From: Bdellovibrionales bacterium
Lineage (GTDB): Bacteria; Bdellovibrionota; Bdellovibrionia; Bdellovibrionales; UBA1609
Assembly: GCA_041690295.1 (NCBI GenBank)
Contig: JAWLHR010000005.1
Coordinates: 1 to 64,000 of the forward strand
Direction: 5' to 3'
Length of the DNA stretch: 64,000 nt
Positions 27,493-38,077 of the stretch are shown in pieces. The translations under genes were made by a program, and so were the position numbers. Each line of letters begins with the position of its first letter. Position 1 is the stretch's first letter. Below the pieces are notes generated by a model, which was not told the origin of the DNA, made no database searches, and was given only the letters and a program-made list of their open reading frames with translations.

Positions 27493-28716
27493 TCACCGAG
27501 TTTGTCTTCTTAAGGTTTCTTCGAACTGTCCCGTCAAAAAGAAGATAAAAATGCAAATCAAACCGACCGTGCTGAAACTCACGACCAGGGGAACGATTCC
27601 ATCATGAAAAAATCGGCCTAAGGAAATCCCGATGATCACCGAGATGGTGCTTTGTACAAACCCTAAAATCGCCGACCCCAAACCGGCGATATGACCAAGG
27701 GGAACCATGGCCAATGCGTTCAAATTACCAAAGAGAAAACCCACCGAGAAAAAGTTCAGCATCATGTAGGCCATAAAAAGCCAAAATGGCGGAATCCCCT
27801 GTTGAAATTGCGTCAGATAGAGAACGAAAAGGTTCGAGAGGACGGACATCCACAGAAGGGCGATCAAGATCAGCCGCCGCATTCCAAGAGCCATGACCAA
27901 ACGGGAGTTGAAGAAAGAGGCGGAACCGATGGAGAGCGCCAAAATGCCGAAATAAAGCGGGAACTGGTCGCCTTTATTGAAGAGCTTCGCGAATATCTCC
28001 TGAACGGCCCCCAGATAGCCGATGAAAATTCCGAAAACCAGGCCAGAGACGATCATGCAACTGACAGTTGTTTTTTGGGAGAAGGTTTCATAGACCCCGC
28101 TTGCGAACTGCCTTATGGTGAGGCGCTTACGTGCTTTTTTGGCGAGCGTTTCGGGTTGTCTGAGTCCGAACCAGATCCAGGTAATGACACCGACCAGGAA
28201 AAGGACGAAGAAGATCGCCCTCCAGCCTGAAAACAAAAGAACTCCTTGGCCCAGAGTCGGCGCCAGAGCCGGCACCAGAATGAAAATCGTCATGACCAAT
28301 GACGTGATCTGCGCCATCGCATTGCCCGAAAATTGATCGCGGATCAGAGCCAGTGCGATGATCCGAGGGGCCGCGCCACCGAATCCTTGTAAAAATCGCC
28401 CGAGAATAAAAACATCGTAGTTAAGTGCGGCGCCCGACATAATGGATCCCAGGATGAAAATGCCTAGACCCGCGTAAATCGGTGGTTTGCGCCCAAAGAC
28501 ATCCGAGAGCGGTCCTAAGATCAGCTGCCCGAAACCGAAACCAAAAAATTGCGCCGCCACGACAAGTTGAATTTCCGCGGGGGAAATGACTTTGAAGTCC
28601 GTGCCGATTTGTTGCATGGCGGGCAACATACTGTCGATCGATAGGGCGGGAAGTGATGTCAGCAAAGCCATTAAGGTGACGAATTCTGATTTTCTAAGAG
28701 GCTGGGCTTTGGCCAT
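27493..28716 (-). CDS. Bcr/CflA-family multidrug efflux MFS transporter
   Basis: ALSIDSMLPA, GQL..GPLSD.FGRK, GRFLQGFG, P.LAP.LG, GWRAIF, PETL. Confidence 0.93.
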   Translation of the reverse strand: MAKAQPLRKSEFVTLMALLTSLPALSIDSMLPAMQQIGTDFKVISPAEIQLVVAAQFFGFGFGQLILGPLSDVFGRKPPIYAGLGIFILGSIMSGAALNYDVFILGRFLQGFGGAAPRIIALALIRDQFSGNAMAQITSLVMTIFILVPALAPTLGQGVLLFSGWRAIFFVLFLVGVITWIWFGLRQPETLAKKARKRLTIRQFASGVYETFSQKTTVSCMIVSGLVFGIFIGYLGAVQEIFAKLFNKGDQFPLYFGILALSIGSASFFNSRLVMALGMRRLILIALLWMSVLSNLFVLYLTQFQQGIPPFWLFMAYMMLNFFSVGFLFGNLNALAMVPLGHIAGLGSAILGFVQSTISVIIGISLGRFFHDGIVPLVVSFSTVGLICIFIFFLTGQFEETLRRQTR

Positions 28717-28729
28717 GAATATTTAACGT

Positions 28730-29086
28730 TTAAGATTTTTTGACGAATTCGGACTTGAGATTGATGGCCCCGATACCATCGATCTTACAAGCGATATCGT
28801 GCCCATCGCCCGCATCGATCAGGCGAATATTTTTGACTTTCGTGCCGACTTTGACAACCGACGATGCGCCTTTAATTTTCAAATCTTTTATGACGGTCAC
28901 GGAATCGCCGTCTTTAAGAATATTTCCGTGGGCGTCGCGGATGACGTTCTCCTCTTCGGTCGGCGCGGCCTTGGCTTCTGATTCGTAGATGCTCCATTCG
29001 TGGCCGCATTCAGGGCAGATCCAGAGATTTCCGTCGGCGTAAATATTTTCGGATTGGCATTTAAGGCAGTTCGTGGCGTTTTGCAT
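28730..29086 (-). CDS. yjdM: YjdM/PhnA zinc-ribbon protein
   Basis: C..C.SE..Y.DG...[31 protein letters not shown]. Confidence 0.92.
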   Translation of the reverse strand: MQNATNCLKCQSENIYADGNLWICPECGHEWSIYESEAKAAPTEEENVIRDAHGNILKDGDSVTVIKDLKIKGASSVVKVGTKVKNIRLIDAGDGHDIACKIDGIGAINLKSEFVKKS

Positions 29087-29129
29087 TTGGGCAGAGTAAC
29101 ACAGGTTGCAAAACGCCGTCCAGCCGACC

Positions 29130-29630
29130 TTACGATTGCCGTGTGGCTTCGTAAAGATACCAGCTTCTTTTCTCGGTTTCGTCGATCCAGACTTCAATCA
29201 TGCTGTTGGTCGCGAAATCGCGGTTTGTGTCACAGATGTCATGGACTTCGCGAAGCATTTTGGTCAGGTGCCGGTTGTCCTCTTCAAGTTCCTTGAGCAT
29301 GTCATTAGGGGACACGAACTCCGCTTCGTTATCACGAATTCTCTGGGAGCGCGCGATTTGCCCGATGGACCCAAGCGTGCGGGGGCCGATTTTGCGTACA
29401 CGTTCGGCAATGGGGTCGGTCATCGCCAGTAATTGGTCGGCCTGTTCATCCAGCATTTCATGATAATCCCGAAAATGGGGACCACTCATATGCCAGTGAA
29501 AGTTCTTGGTTTTTATATAAAGCGCGAACACATCGGCCAATAAAAGGTTCAATCCCGTGGCGATGTCCTTGGCCGCGGCGGCGCCAAGATCCGTTGGCGT
29601 GGTCAAAGCGGCTCTCGCTCTCAGTGGCAT
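29130..29630 (-). CDS. dps: Dps DNA-binding ferritin-like protein
   Basis: [41 protein letters not shown]. Confidence 0.93.
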   Translation of the reverse strand: MPLRARAALTTPTDLGAAAAKDIATGLNLLLADVFALYIKTKNFHWHMSGPHFRDYHEMLDEQADQLLAMTDPIAERVRKIGPRTLGSIGQIARSQRIRDNEAEFVSPNDMLKELEEDNRHLTKMLREVHDICDTNRDFATNSMIEVWIDETEKRSWYLYEATRQS

Positions 29631-29846
29631 AGAAACCTCCAGCTTCTCCCCGCGCCAAGAAAGTGAAGCCAACATATCACTGATCCAATGTAGGATCGAT
29701 CATCGCTCTGTCGGGGTGCATCGGGTGTAATAAGGACTTTAGTGTGACAACCCCGACGATCGTCTTTGGGCTTTTGGTTCACACGAGTCCAGTTTGGATG
29801 TATTACTCTGGGCATTATATCTGGCCCACTACATAATTAATCTGTA

Positions 29847-30764
29847 ATGAAACGGCGCGATTTTTTTCGATTTCTTTCGGCCACAGGTGCGTTCACGCTT
29901 TGTGGATGTTCGATTTGGCCGTTCGCCTATTTCAGACGCGCCCCGAAGAATTCCGACGCTGAATCCACGGTGGATGATATGGGGGAAGTGAAGGCGGTGG
30001 AATCCCAACCGGCGCCGGCTCCGAATAAATTGTCCAAGGAAATTCTGGAAGACGTGCGGACGAAAAGCGCGTACTTTTCACAGGATTTTCCCGACGACAT
30101 TTATTTCAGGGACCGGAAATTAGAGCTGGTTCGCGAGGTGGTTCAAAAACTGCGGGCCGCACAGAAATACGTGGGCCACGGCAATTTCAACTTACTTGGC
30201 ATCGACGAGTTTTTCAGGATTTCAAAGTACGGCGCCGGAATGAGTGAAGTCACCAATGAGGAAAAGCTCTTTATGGAGGAGCTTTTTTACTTTGACGCCA
30301 AGAAATACGGGTTTTTCGGCGGCAAGGTTTTTCAGAAAATGACCGATGTGGTTCACGCCAAGGATGTGGCCAAGATCCCTTATACGGGCCACTTTCTCCG
30401 TAAAGGAAAACCCATCGAGATCTATGAAAGCATTCGACGGGACGTTGGAGAATCCCTGCTTTTGACTTCCGGTGTGCGGGCGGTGGCCAAACAGTTCCAT
30501 CTGTTTCTTGAAAAGGCGCTTGAAACCAACGGTAATATGTCGAAGGCTTCGCGATCCATTGCGCCGCCGGGCTACTCGTTTCATGGTTTGGGCGACTTCG
30601 ATATTGGAAAGATCGGCTTCGGATTGAAAAACTTCACTTCCGATTTCGCGGCAACGGATGAGTTTCAGCGGTTGTTGGAACTGGGTTACGTCGAAATCCG
30701 CTACACCGAAAGAAATGAACTGGGAGTTCGTTTTGAACCTTGGCACATCAAGGTGCCGGTCTAA
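29847..30764 (+). CDS. M15-family D,D-carboxypeptidase (VanY-like) with Tat signal
   Basis: KRRDFF Tat motif; TSGVR, APPGYSFHGLGDFD, FEPWH. Confidence 0.85.
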   Translation: MKRRDFFRFLSATGAFTLCGCSIWPFAYFRRAPKNSDAESTVDDMGEVKAVESQPAPAPNKLSKEILEDVRTKSAYFSQDFPDDIYFRDRKLELVREVVQKLRAAQKYVGHGNFNLLGIDEFFRISKYGAGMSEVTNEEKLFMEELFYFDAKKYGFFGGKVFQKMTDVVHAKDVAKIPYTGHFLRKGKPIEIYESIRRDVGESLLLTSGVRAVAKQFHLFLEKALETNGNMSKASRSIAPPGYSFHGLGDFDIGKIGFGLKNFTSDFAATDEFQRLLELGYVEIRYTERNELGVRFEPWHIKVPV

Positions 30765-31185
30765 GACACCAATTCGTGCCGGCGGGTTTGCGTCCACCAT
30801 CGTAAGGCAGTGCCAATTTGTTCTTGATTAATAAGTCCCCCACATTCTGACCATCCGCCCAGACTTCAGCGAGAATGCGAAAGTATTTGTCGCGACCCAC
30901 CTGGCGTAGTTCAATGGATTTGGCGTTTTTAAGCTGGTTGGCGACAAAGCGTTGCGCGTCCCGGGCGCGTTCCTTCTCACAGGGTTTTTTGCCGGTCTTT
31001 TCCGGAGTGTCGATGCCGGTAATACGCACGCTGATATTATCGCCGATAAGGGGATGGACTCCGGGGATTTTCACCGTCACGGTGTCGCCGTCATAGTTCT
31101 TCACGTATTGAACGCAACGGAACGTTTTACTGTCGTGAGCGCAATCGGACGCGAAGGCCAAAGTGATGAGCCATGCGAAAATCAT
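30748..31185 (-). CDS. Thermonuclease (SNase) family protein
   Basis: YDGDT, VRITGIDTPE, RDKYFRILAEV, L...LA..YDGG. Confidence 0.92.
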   Translation of the reverse strand: MIFAWLITLAFASDCAHDSKTFRCVQYVKNYDGDTVTVKIPGVHPLIGDNISVRITGIDTPEKTGKKPCEKERARDAQRFVANQLKNAKSIELRQVGRDKYFRILAEVWADGQNVGDLLIKNKLALPYDGGRKPAGTNWCLRPAP

Positions 31186-31233
31186 GGCTCAAGAGTAGCG
31201 GATCAGTGTTCAAACGATGAGTCCAGTTCGCGC

Positions 31234-32175
31234 TCATGCCGCTTGGCGGCTACCACCCAAGCGATTGGAATCCAACAAGCGATTCAGCAATTCAACGATG
31301 CGAAGTTCATCATACTTGACAATGTAATCGCCCAGATTCTGCTGGGTGATATCCCTAATTAGACCTTCATTGGAAAGACTGGAGTTGAAGATGACGGGAA
31401 CATCTTTGCCATGGTCGGTACGCCGAACTTCCTGAATAAAACTGACGCCGTTTCGAATCGGCATTTCAATATCCGCGAAAATTAAATCAAATTTTTTGGG
31501 ATTTTCCATATAAGTTCTGAGTGCCGCTTCGCCGTTTTCGGCCAGTGTGACTTGAAATCCCAAGGATTCAAAAAACTTGAGCGCCTTCTTTTGAAAAAGG
31601 CGGGAATCTTCGGCGACCAGCACATTCAAACCGGTGAAGCGTTTTTCCACTGGGCTTTTTAGATTCGATTTTTCAATAAAGCCACCATTGAGCTCGGCCA
31701 AAACGTACTCGATGTCGAGCATGTAGTACATTCGGTTGTCGGATTTGATGAGACCGTTCACGAAGCCGGCGCGATTACCATTCAAAGTTCCAGGCGAGGG
31801 GAGATACTCGATCTTCTTGGGATCGAGGATTCGACCCACCCACGCGGCGACGACCCCAACATAAAACCCCTGAACGTCCAATACGATGATTTTATATCCA
31901 CTCCAGTCCCGCTCGAATGTCTCCAAGGCTTCTTCCTTGGTCCATTTTCCGTCGCTCATTAAAAATTCGAGAGAAAGAAGAGGAAGCGGCGTTCCTCTGA
32001 GATCGTAAATGCCAAAGAACGGATGGTAAACGGGCGGAAGCCGGTTAATTGAAGTGATCTCGATGACCTCTTTGATTTTCTGCACGTTGAATACAAAAGG
32101 ACAAGGGCACCCATGAGTCGGTTCAAAGGGAAGAAAAAACTCCAAATTGGCGAAGTTGTCGGTTTTTTGGGTCAT
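31234..32175 (-). CDS. cheV: CheV-like protein (CheW domain plus receiver)
   Basis: FNVQKIKEVI, GIYDLRGTPLP; REC domain VLVAEDS...ADIEMP. Confidence 0.85.
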   Translation of the reverse strand: MTQKTDNFANLEFFLPFEPTHGCPCPFVFNVQKIKEVIEITSINRLPPVYHPFFGIYDLRGTPLPLLSLEFLMSDGKWTKEEALETFERDWSGYKIIVLDVQGFYVGVVAAWVGRILDPKKIEYLPSPGTLNGNRAGFVNGLIKSDNRMYYMLDIEYVLAELNGGFIEKSNLKSPVEKRFTGLNVLVAEDSRLFQKKALKFFESLGFQVTLAENGEAALRTYMENPKKFDLIFADIEMPIRNGVSFIQEVRRTDHGKDVPVIFNSSLSNEGLIRDITQQNLGDYIVKYDELRIVELLNRLLDSNRLGGSRQAA

Positions 32176-32645
32176 GCGATCATCTCACGGATATTGCTGA
32201 AAAACTCATGGCTCAGGATTTTATGAATTTTGCCCTCGATTTCGATTTCGGAGCTTTGACCAAAGGCTTCCGGACTGATTAACCGTTTTTGGACCTTATC
32301 AGCGCAGATCGCGAACGCCCCATCGGGAACGCGGAAGACGATCATGCGCTCACTATGAATCGGTTTTCCCGTCGGTGGAACTTCACCCGATAGGAGGCAG
32401 TGGAGGCAATAAACGGGAACAACCTCTCCGCGCATGTTAATAATGCCCACGTGAGCGCCCCGGTTCTCGGGGTAGGGAATAATCACATCGGTCTCGATCA
32501 CCTCGGAGAGATACTCGAAATCACAGACAAAGCGGCGATCGTGATATTCGATCGCCAGAGCCGGCACGGTATTTTCCCTTAAAGCCGCGTCCGTAGTAGC
32601 GGACGAGGATTGCTTTTCGAAGATTTCAGCTAGCCATTGCGACAT
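32172..32645 (-). CDS. cheW: CheW scaffold protein
   Basis: EVIE...IPYP....VGIINMRGEVVPV. Confidence 0.85.
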   Translation of the reverse strand: MSQWLAEIFEKQSSSATTDAALRENTVPALAIEYHDRRFVCDFEYLSEVIETDVIIPYPENRGAHVGIINMRGEVVPVYCLHCLLSGEVPPTGKPIHSERMIVFRVPDGAFAICADKVQKRLISPEAFGQSSEIEIEGKIHKILSHEFFSNIREMIA

Positions 32646-34362
32646 GAGTGCACCTTTGCTGAATGAGTTTATTGGGTGAGAGAAGGAATATCGGGCGGCC
32701 ATCGGCCAGAATCGAAACACCCGAGACATACGGAAGCGACAACGCCAGAGGCGGAATTGGCTTAATCACCACTTCCTGATTGTGACTGATTCCGCTCACC
32801 ACCAGGCCTGAATACTTGCATGCGGAACCATCCTCGCCTGTGCGCACGACAAGGAGGGAAACTTTCCGTTCGATGATACTTAACTCCTCCCTTTCCGTCC
32901 GCGGAAATAATTTGGTCATATCGAACACCGGAATGGGTTCGCCCCGGAAGTTGTAAAAACGCTCCGGACCGTTCGGCTTAAGTTCGGATTGATCCAGGGT
33001 GTGGGCTTCGATGATATCCGTGTGCGGAATCGCGTATTCCATGCCGTTAATCGTGCAAATCAGGGAATTCAAGACGGAAACGCTCAAGGGAATGCGAATC
33101 AAGAAGGTCGACCCCACGTCCACCGAGGATTTAACTTCAATGCGGCCGGAGAGCGCTTCGATTTGCGTTTTGACCGCGTCCATACCGACGCCGCGGCCGC
33201 TGATTTCACTGACGCTTTCAGCGGTGGAGAAACCGGATTCGAAAATCAGATTGATGGCTTGCTCGTCCGAGACCTGGGCCGCGTGTGAAAGCCCGCGCTT
33301 GATCGCGGTTTGGCGCAAGACTTCGGGATCAAGTCCCTTGCCGTCGTCAATGACGGAAATCACGACTTCGGCGCCGCTGATTTCGGCTGTCAGCTGAATT
33401 TTACCCGTGGGATCTTTGCCTTTGGCTTTTCGAACATCGGGCGGCTCGATGCCGTGATCCATGGCGTTTCGGATTAAGTGGATGAGTGGATCCGCTAAAG
33501 AATCCACGATCCGTTTGTCGAGTTCGATGTTTTCGCCTCGACTTTCAAACTCAATGGATTTGCCATGGGAGTGGACGAATTGTTGAACCACGCGTGACAT
33601 TCTTTGGAAAACTCCGCTTAACGTCACCATTCGAAGATCCATCACCTGTGATTCAAGATCTCCAATCAGCCGGCGAAGCGAGGAGTCGAGTGATTCCCAC
33701 GTTCTTAAGAGGGCGGGCGCCTCCTGCAGATGGGGTCGGGACTGTTCAATCAGATAACTCATGCGGTTTCGTGCCATGAAGGCTTCCCAAATTCCCGCGA
33801 GCACGGTATCAACTTTGGCAAGGGGAACACGCACCGTGGCGGACGCTGGTTGCGGTTCGGGCACTGGCGCGGGCTTTGGTTGTTCTTTTATTTCTTCTTT
33901 GGCTTCGACTTTGACTTCTTCTTTTTCCGGTTTTTTCTCTTCCCCAAAAAATTGCTCCACCGTTAATTCCGCGATGGCGAATTCGTCTTCGAGAGAAGGT
34001 GAGGTCTCGCCCGCGGTCGGCTGCGGTGGAATTGTGATCGGGATATCTGAAGGTGTTTTGGCCTCGCGCGCCTGTTGGATTAGACCTTCAAAGCCTTGGG
34101 TGGCTTCCTGTAGCCAAAGGTAAAATTCCTTTCCATGCCGGCTTCCGTCCTGTCCGCAAAGGTTCTCCAGTTGATGGCACGCGTCCTGGGCGGATTTCAT
34201 TTCGAAAACGCCGAATCCGCCCTTTAAGGTGTGCAAAGCCCTTAACAGACGTTTGAAGGACTCTTCATCGTCCGGTTGCATGACCAAGACATCCAAAGCC
34301 CCTTGGATGGCTTGGAGATTTTCTTCCGCTTCGAGTAGAAACTCGAGAAAAAGATCATCCAT
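32626..34362 (-). CDS. cheA: Chemotaxis histidine kinase CheA
   Basis: Hpt LHTLKG; PLIHLIRNAMDHGIE, DDGKG, GFSTA.SVSEISGRGVGMD; C-terminal CheW domain. Confidence 0.96.
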   Translation of the reverse strand: MDDLFLEFLLEAEENLQAIQGALDVLVMQPDDEESFKRLLRALHTLKGGFGVFEMKSAQDACHQLENLCGQDGSRHGKEFYLWLQEATQGFEGLIQQAREAKTPSDIPITIPPQPTAGETSPSLEDEFAIAELTVEQFFGEEKKPEKEEVKVEAKEEIKEQPKPAPVPEPQPASATVRVPLAKVDTVLAGIWEAFMARNRMSYLIEQSRPHLQEAPALLRTWESLDSSLRRLIGDLESQVMDLRMVTLSGVFQRMSRVVQQFVHSHGKSIEFESRGENIELDKRIVDSLADPLIHLIRNAMDHGIEPPDVRKAKGKDPTGKIQLTAEISGAEVVISVIDDGKGLDPEVLRQTAIKRGLSHAAQVSDEQAINLIFESGFSTAESVSEISGRGVGMDAVKTQIEALSGRIEVKSSVDVGSTFLIRIPLSVSVLNSLICTINGMEYAIPHTDIIEAHTLDQSELKPNGPERFYNFRGEPIPVFDMTKLFPRTEREELSIIERKVSLLVVRTGEDGSACKYSGLVVSGISHNQEVVIKPIPPLALSLPYVSGVSILADGRPIFLLSPNKLIQQRCTHVAMAS

Positions 34363-34665
34363 CTAGGCCGCTCGCTTTGAACTTTCGGCTGTGATTCGGG
34401 CCAGGTGATCCACCGACTGTCGTAACGACTGGCATGCCAGATCCACCGCCTCGATGGATTTTTGCGAACGCTCCGCCAGTCGACCAACTTCATCGGCGAC
34501 CACGGCGAATCCTTTTCCGGCTTGGCCCGCGCGGGCGGCCTCGATGGACGCGTTCAACGCCAGCAGATCCGTTTTGTTGGCGATGTCCCGGACCACGTTC
34601 AGCATCTGTTCAATCTCGTGAACCGATTTTTTGAGTTGTTCAAAATGTTCGTTGAGTTGACTCAT
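34363..34665 (-). CDS. Stand-alone MCP signalling-tip protein (100 aa)
   Basis: [38 protein letters not shown]; no sensor or TM domain. Confidence 0.9.
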   Translation of the reverse strand: MSQLNEHFEQLKKSVHEIEQMLNVVRDIANKTDLLALNASIEAARAGQAGKGFAVVADEVGRLAERSQKSIEAVDLACQSLRQSVDHLARITAESSKRAA

Positions 34666-34674
34666 GACTTTCTC

Positions 34675-35409
34675 CTATGCGGCCGCGCCGACGCGCAAAG
34701 TTTCAAACCAAGACAAAAAGTTATTCACATCTTCACCCTTGAAAATGGAACCGTGTTGCGGACAGAGCAAATCGATCTCAAGTCGCGCCACCCTACGGCA
34801 CCAGTCCAGCTTCGCTTCGTTGGAAGGCATCCACCGACGATGGAACCCTTCCATGTACTGAATGTGGTTACTGAAATTTTTGACGATAATATCGTAGTTG
34901 TCAGGAACGAGGGCCGCGCCCACGTCTCCTGAGAACAGGATTTTCGCTTTGGCGTCGTACAGGTGAAAGTTCCCCGAAGAATGCAGAAAATGGGCGGGCA
35001 CAAGTTGCAGCGGATGATCGCCCAACATGATCGTGCATCCTTCATCTTTTACGGTGATGAAATTTTCATGAAATTCATAACCGAAGTGACTGACGAATCC
35101 TTTCCACAGCCAGGACATATACACCTTGGCGTGCGGCGCGAGTTCCATCCAAAGTGGAAGAGAGCTCATGATATCGGGATCCTGGTGACTGCAGAGAAAT
35201 CCTTCGATGTTGTGAACTTCCACGAACTCGGACAATTGACTTAAAACCGAGGGAAATATTTCGGTGCCACCCGGGTCCATCACAAAGGCTTTGCCTTTAT
35301 GAATGACCACGAACTGGTTCGTATCAATGACCTGTTCCGCCTTGTTGGGGTCACGACCGAAGTAAATCCATTGTGTATCTCCGTCGTCATACAACGTCTT
35401 ATGCTGCAT
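34675..35409 (-). CDS. ODP-type oxygen-binding di-iron protein (metallo-beta-lactamase fold)
   Basis: NQF, DPGG, SHQDPD, PAHFLHS.GNF, FSGD, FHRRWMPS, PQHG; no flavodoxin domain; next to MCP. Confidence 0.85.
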   Translation of the reverse strand: MQHKTLYDDGDTQWIYFGRDPNKAEQVIDTNQFVVIHKGKAFVMDPGGTEIFPSVLSQLSEFVEVHNIEGFLCSHQDPDIMSSLPLWMELAPHAKVYMSWLWKGFVSHFGYEFHENFITVKDEGCTIMLGDHPLQLVPAHFLHSSGNFHLYDAKAKILFSGDVGAALVPDNYDIIVKNFSNHIQYMEGFHRRWMPSNEAKLDWCRRVARLEIDLLCPQHGSIFKGEDVNNFLSWFETLRVGAAA

Positions 35410-36073
35410 GATAGTACTCTCCTTGGTACGATTTCAGCTCGGCGCGAATTTCTCCACAGTGCCGGATTAGTTTTCGATATTCGTTTTGTTGTTCTTTGAG
35501 TTTCTCTCCGGCGGCCGCGACGGCGTTTCCGATATTCGAGAAAAAGATTTCTTCCTCGTCGCCCGATTGAGCGGCTTCCATTCGCAGATTGATCGCCAAA
35601 GACCAGAGTCTTTCGGCCTGTTGCGCGATCTTTTCACTTAAACCTTCGGTTTTGAAACAAAGGGTTTCAATTTCATCCACGTGCTCAAAAACCGCGGCTT
35701 CCATTTTTTTGATCGTACGTTGCACGGTCGCCGTGTTCTTTCCGCAACCGAGAAGTTCGGCTTCGTAGATCTTTCTGATCTGCAGGGACCGCTTCAGGCA
35801 CTCCAAACTTAGGTTTGAGATTTGGGTGCCGATTTTTCGAATCAAGAGCGACTCCATCTCCATCACTTTGGACGAGCGCGCGATTTGTTTGGCGATTTCA
35901 TTGAACGCCCGTTTGCCGGTTTCAACGTGACTGGACGAAATGCCGGATCGTAATGAAATCTGATAAACTTCACTGATCGTTTGGTTAACGCGGCTCGTGC
36001 TTTCTCTGAGCTGATTACAGATCAAAAAAAGTTGCCGGACTTTCGCACGAAAGCTGTTCAAATTCGCCGTCAT
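35399..36073 (-). CDS. Degenerate soluble chemoreceptor-like coiled-coil protein
   Basis: Two degenerate MCP-tip-like segments (SLRSGISSSHVETGKRAFNEIA; LAINLRMEAAQSG); first gene of the ODP operon. Confidence 0.6.
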   Translation of the reverse strand: MTANLNSFRAKVRQLFLICNQLRESTSRVNQTISEVYQISLRSGISSSHVETGKRAFNEIAKQIARSSKVMEMESLLIRKIGTQISNLSLECLKRSLQIRKIYEAELLGCGKNTATVQRTIKKMEAAVFEHVDEIETLCFKTEGLSEKIAQQAERLWSLAINLRMEAAQSGDEEEIFFSNIGNAVAAAGEKLKEQQNEYRKLIRHCGEIRAELKSYQGEYYHAA

Positions 36074-36131
36074 GAAAGCCTCTCTTCCGCGTTAAGTTTT
36101 CGGAAATTAGAAATCAAGATCGAGGCCAGAT

Positions 36132-36158
36132 TTAAGTTCCATTGAACAGCGCCGATAA
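36132..36158 (+). promoter_or_regulatory. Sigma-28 (FliA) promoter of cheY
   Basis: TTAAGTTC-N11-GCCGATAA. Confidence 0.8.
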
Positions 36159-36174
36159 AAAAATGGGACACTTT

Positions 36175-36597
36175 ATGGATATTTCCGGCATTCGATTTCT
36201 AGTGGTGGATGATATGCAGCTCATGCGGAAGCTGGTTTCGCAGGAGCTCGCCCGATTGGGCGCCAAACGCATAGAACTGGCCGAGGATGGCCGCCAAGCC
36301 ATCGAAATCTTAAAAAACACCGCATTGGCCAGGGATCCGATTCAGTTCGTGGTGAGCGATTGGAACATGCCGAATATGAGTGGCCTGGAACTTCTCAAAG
36401 TCGTCAGGAAAATTTCGGTTTATAAAGACATTCCATTCCTCATGGTCACGGCGGAGGCTCTGGTCAATCAAGTTCAAGAAGCCATTGCCAGCGGTGTGGA
36501 TAACTACGTGGTTAAGCCCTTCAGTCCGGCTCAGTTCGAAGAAAAATTTAAACAAGTCTACAACAAACGCTTTGGCGCCAAGGCCAAGGCGGGTTAA
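36175..36597 (+). CDS. cheY: CheY response regulator
   Basis: LVVDD...MRK, SDWNMPNMSGLELL, PFLMVTAEA, YVVKPF. Confidence 0.92.
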   Translation: MDISGIRFLVVDDMQLMRKLVSQELARLGAKRIELAEDGRQAIEILKNTALARDPIQFVVSDWNMPNMSGLELLKVVRKISVYKDIPFLMVTAEALVNQVQEAIASGVDNYVVKPFSPAQFEEKFKQVYNKRFGAKAKAG

Positions 36598-36697
36598 TCA
36601 CCGTAACTCGCCGTCTCAAATTTCGATTTTTTCTAAACGTTACGATTGAGCATGCAAGCGAATCCGCGCTATGTAGTCCCCTTTTCTGGGAGGGGGA

Positions 36698-38035
36698 ATG
36701 GCTCGCTGGCTTGGATTGTATCTTCCTTTAATGATGGCGTCGTCCGTGGGTGTGGAAGCGCGATTGAAACCCGACGCGGTTCTTTATGGTGTTGTTCCGC
36801 CGATGTTTGGTTCACCTCCACTGAGGTCGATTCTTAACAAACTCGATGACCTTCGGGATTTGGGTGTCGATGTGATCTGGCTGCTTCCGATCAATGACAC
36901 GGACGATCCTGGTCACATCAGTTACGCGATCACTGATTACTTTAAGATTCGCCCGGACTTCGGATCGCTGGAAGATTTGCGTGAATTGACTCGTAAAGCC
37001 CATGAGCGTGGGATGATGGTGATCATGGATTTCGTGCCCAATCACACCTCCAACCAGCATCCTTATTTTCTCGATGCGACGGATCGTGGTTCCGAATCTC
37101 CTTATTACAATTTTTATGATCGCGACTCGGCGGGAAAACCCACCTATTATTTCAACTGGTACCATTTGCCGAATTTGAATTTTTCCAATCCGGATGTCAT
37201 CGGGCACATCACTTCCGCCTTTGAGTATTGGATCCGCTCCGCCGACATCGATGGATTTCGGGTGGATGTCGCGTGGGGCATACATGATCGTCGGCCCGAA
37301 TATTGGGCTGAACTTAACCAACAGTTGCGAAAATTAAAGTCGCACGCGTTCATGCTGGCCGAGGCTGGCGCTCGCGACACCTACTATTTTGAAAATGGAT
37401 TTGATGCCGCGTACGACTGGACGGATTCCTTGGGTGAATGGGCCTGGAAAGAAGCTTTTGATCATCCGGAAAAGGCTGGGATCAAACTCGCGGAAGCTTT
37501 GCGAAAGAACTCCGATCCGTCGAGAGTTGTCCGATTTCTGAACAACAACGACACGGGCGATCGCTTTCTCACCCGGTACGGGCTGGATTTCACCAAGGCC
37601 GCGGTGATCTTGCAATTTTCAGTCGCGGGTCTGCCGACTTTATTCTGCGGTGATGAAGTTGGCGCGGAGTTTTCGCCCTATGAGGATCCTCCGCCCATCG
37701 ATTGGCGGGACCCGATGAATCTGAGACCCTTTTACAAAAAATTGATTCAACTTCGAAAGCAAGAAGCCGCTCTTCATTCCGGCGAGATGGAAATTCTTTC
37801 GCATGAAGGATCTGAATCCGTAATCGCCTTCACGCGCAAATCCGATCATCACCGGCTCTTGGCGTTAATCAATTTCGGTGAGATGGCGAAAGTGAAAGTG
37901 AAGGTTCAGACAACCGCGGACCGGTTTATGGACTTGGTGAGTGGCGAAATGATCACGGCGTCCCTTGCTGAAGGAGTTCATTCGTTTTCGTTGCCCGCTA
38001 AATCCGGCTTTATCCTTAGAATACCGGAAAACTGA
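36698..38035 (+). CDS. GH13 alpha-amylase family glycosyl hydrolase
   Basis: DFVPNH, IDGFRVDVA, LAEA, LNNND; C-terminal beta domain. Confidence 0.92.
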   Translation: MARWLGLYLPLMMASSVGVEARLKPDAVLYGVVPPMFGSPPLRSILNKLDDLRDLGVDVIWLLPINDTDDPGHISYAITDYFKIRPDFGSLEDLRELTRKAHERGMMVIMDFVPNHTSNQHPYFLDATDRGSESPYYNFYDRDSAGKPTYYFNWYHLPNLNFSNPDVIGHITSAFEYWIRSADIDGFRVDVAWGIHDRRPEYWAELNQQLRKLKSHAFMLAEAGARDTYYFENGFDAAYDWTDSLGEWAWKEAFDHPEKAGIKLAEALRKNSDPSRVVRFLNNNDTGDRFLTRYGLDFTKAAVILQFSVAGLPTLFCGDEVGAEFSPYEDPPPIDWRDPMNLRPFYKKLIQLRKQEAALHSGEMEILSHEGSESVIAFTRKSDHHRLLALINFGEMAKVKVKVQTTADRFMDLVSGEMITASLAEGVHSFSLPAKSGFILRIPEN

Positions 38036-38046
38036 ACCTGATCTGA

Positions 38047-38062
38047 TGGCATGAGGAATGCA
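38047..38062 (+). promoter_or_regulatory. Sigma-54 promoter
   Basis: TGGCATGAGGAATGCA; predicted +1 about 38073, so the start codon is probably ATG 38078. Confidence 0.65.
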
Positions 38063-38077
38063 GCCCGTTTCGGGTTA

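Noticed and set aside
29710..29757. 8-bp inverted repeat GTCGGGGT/ACCCCGAC upstream of dps
   Set aside because: A single short stem with a long loop and no match to an RNA family I recognise
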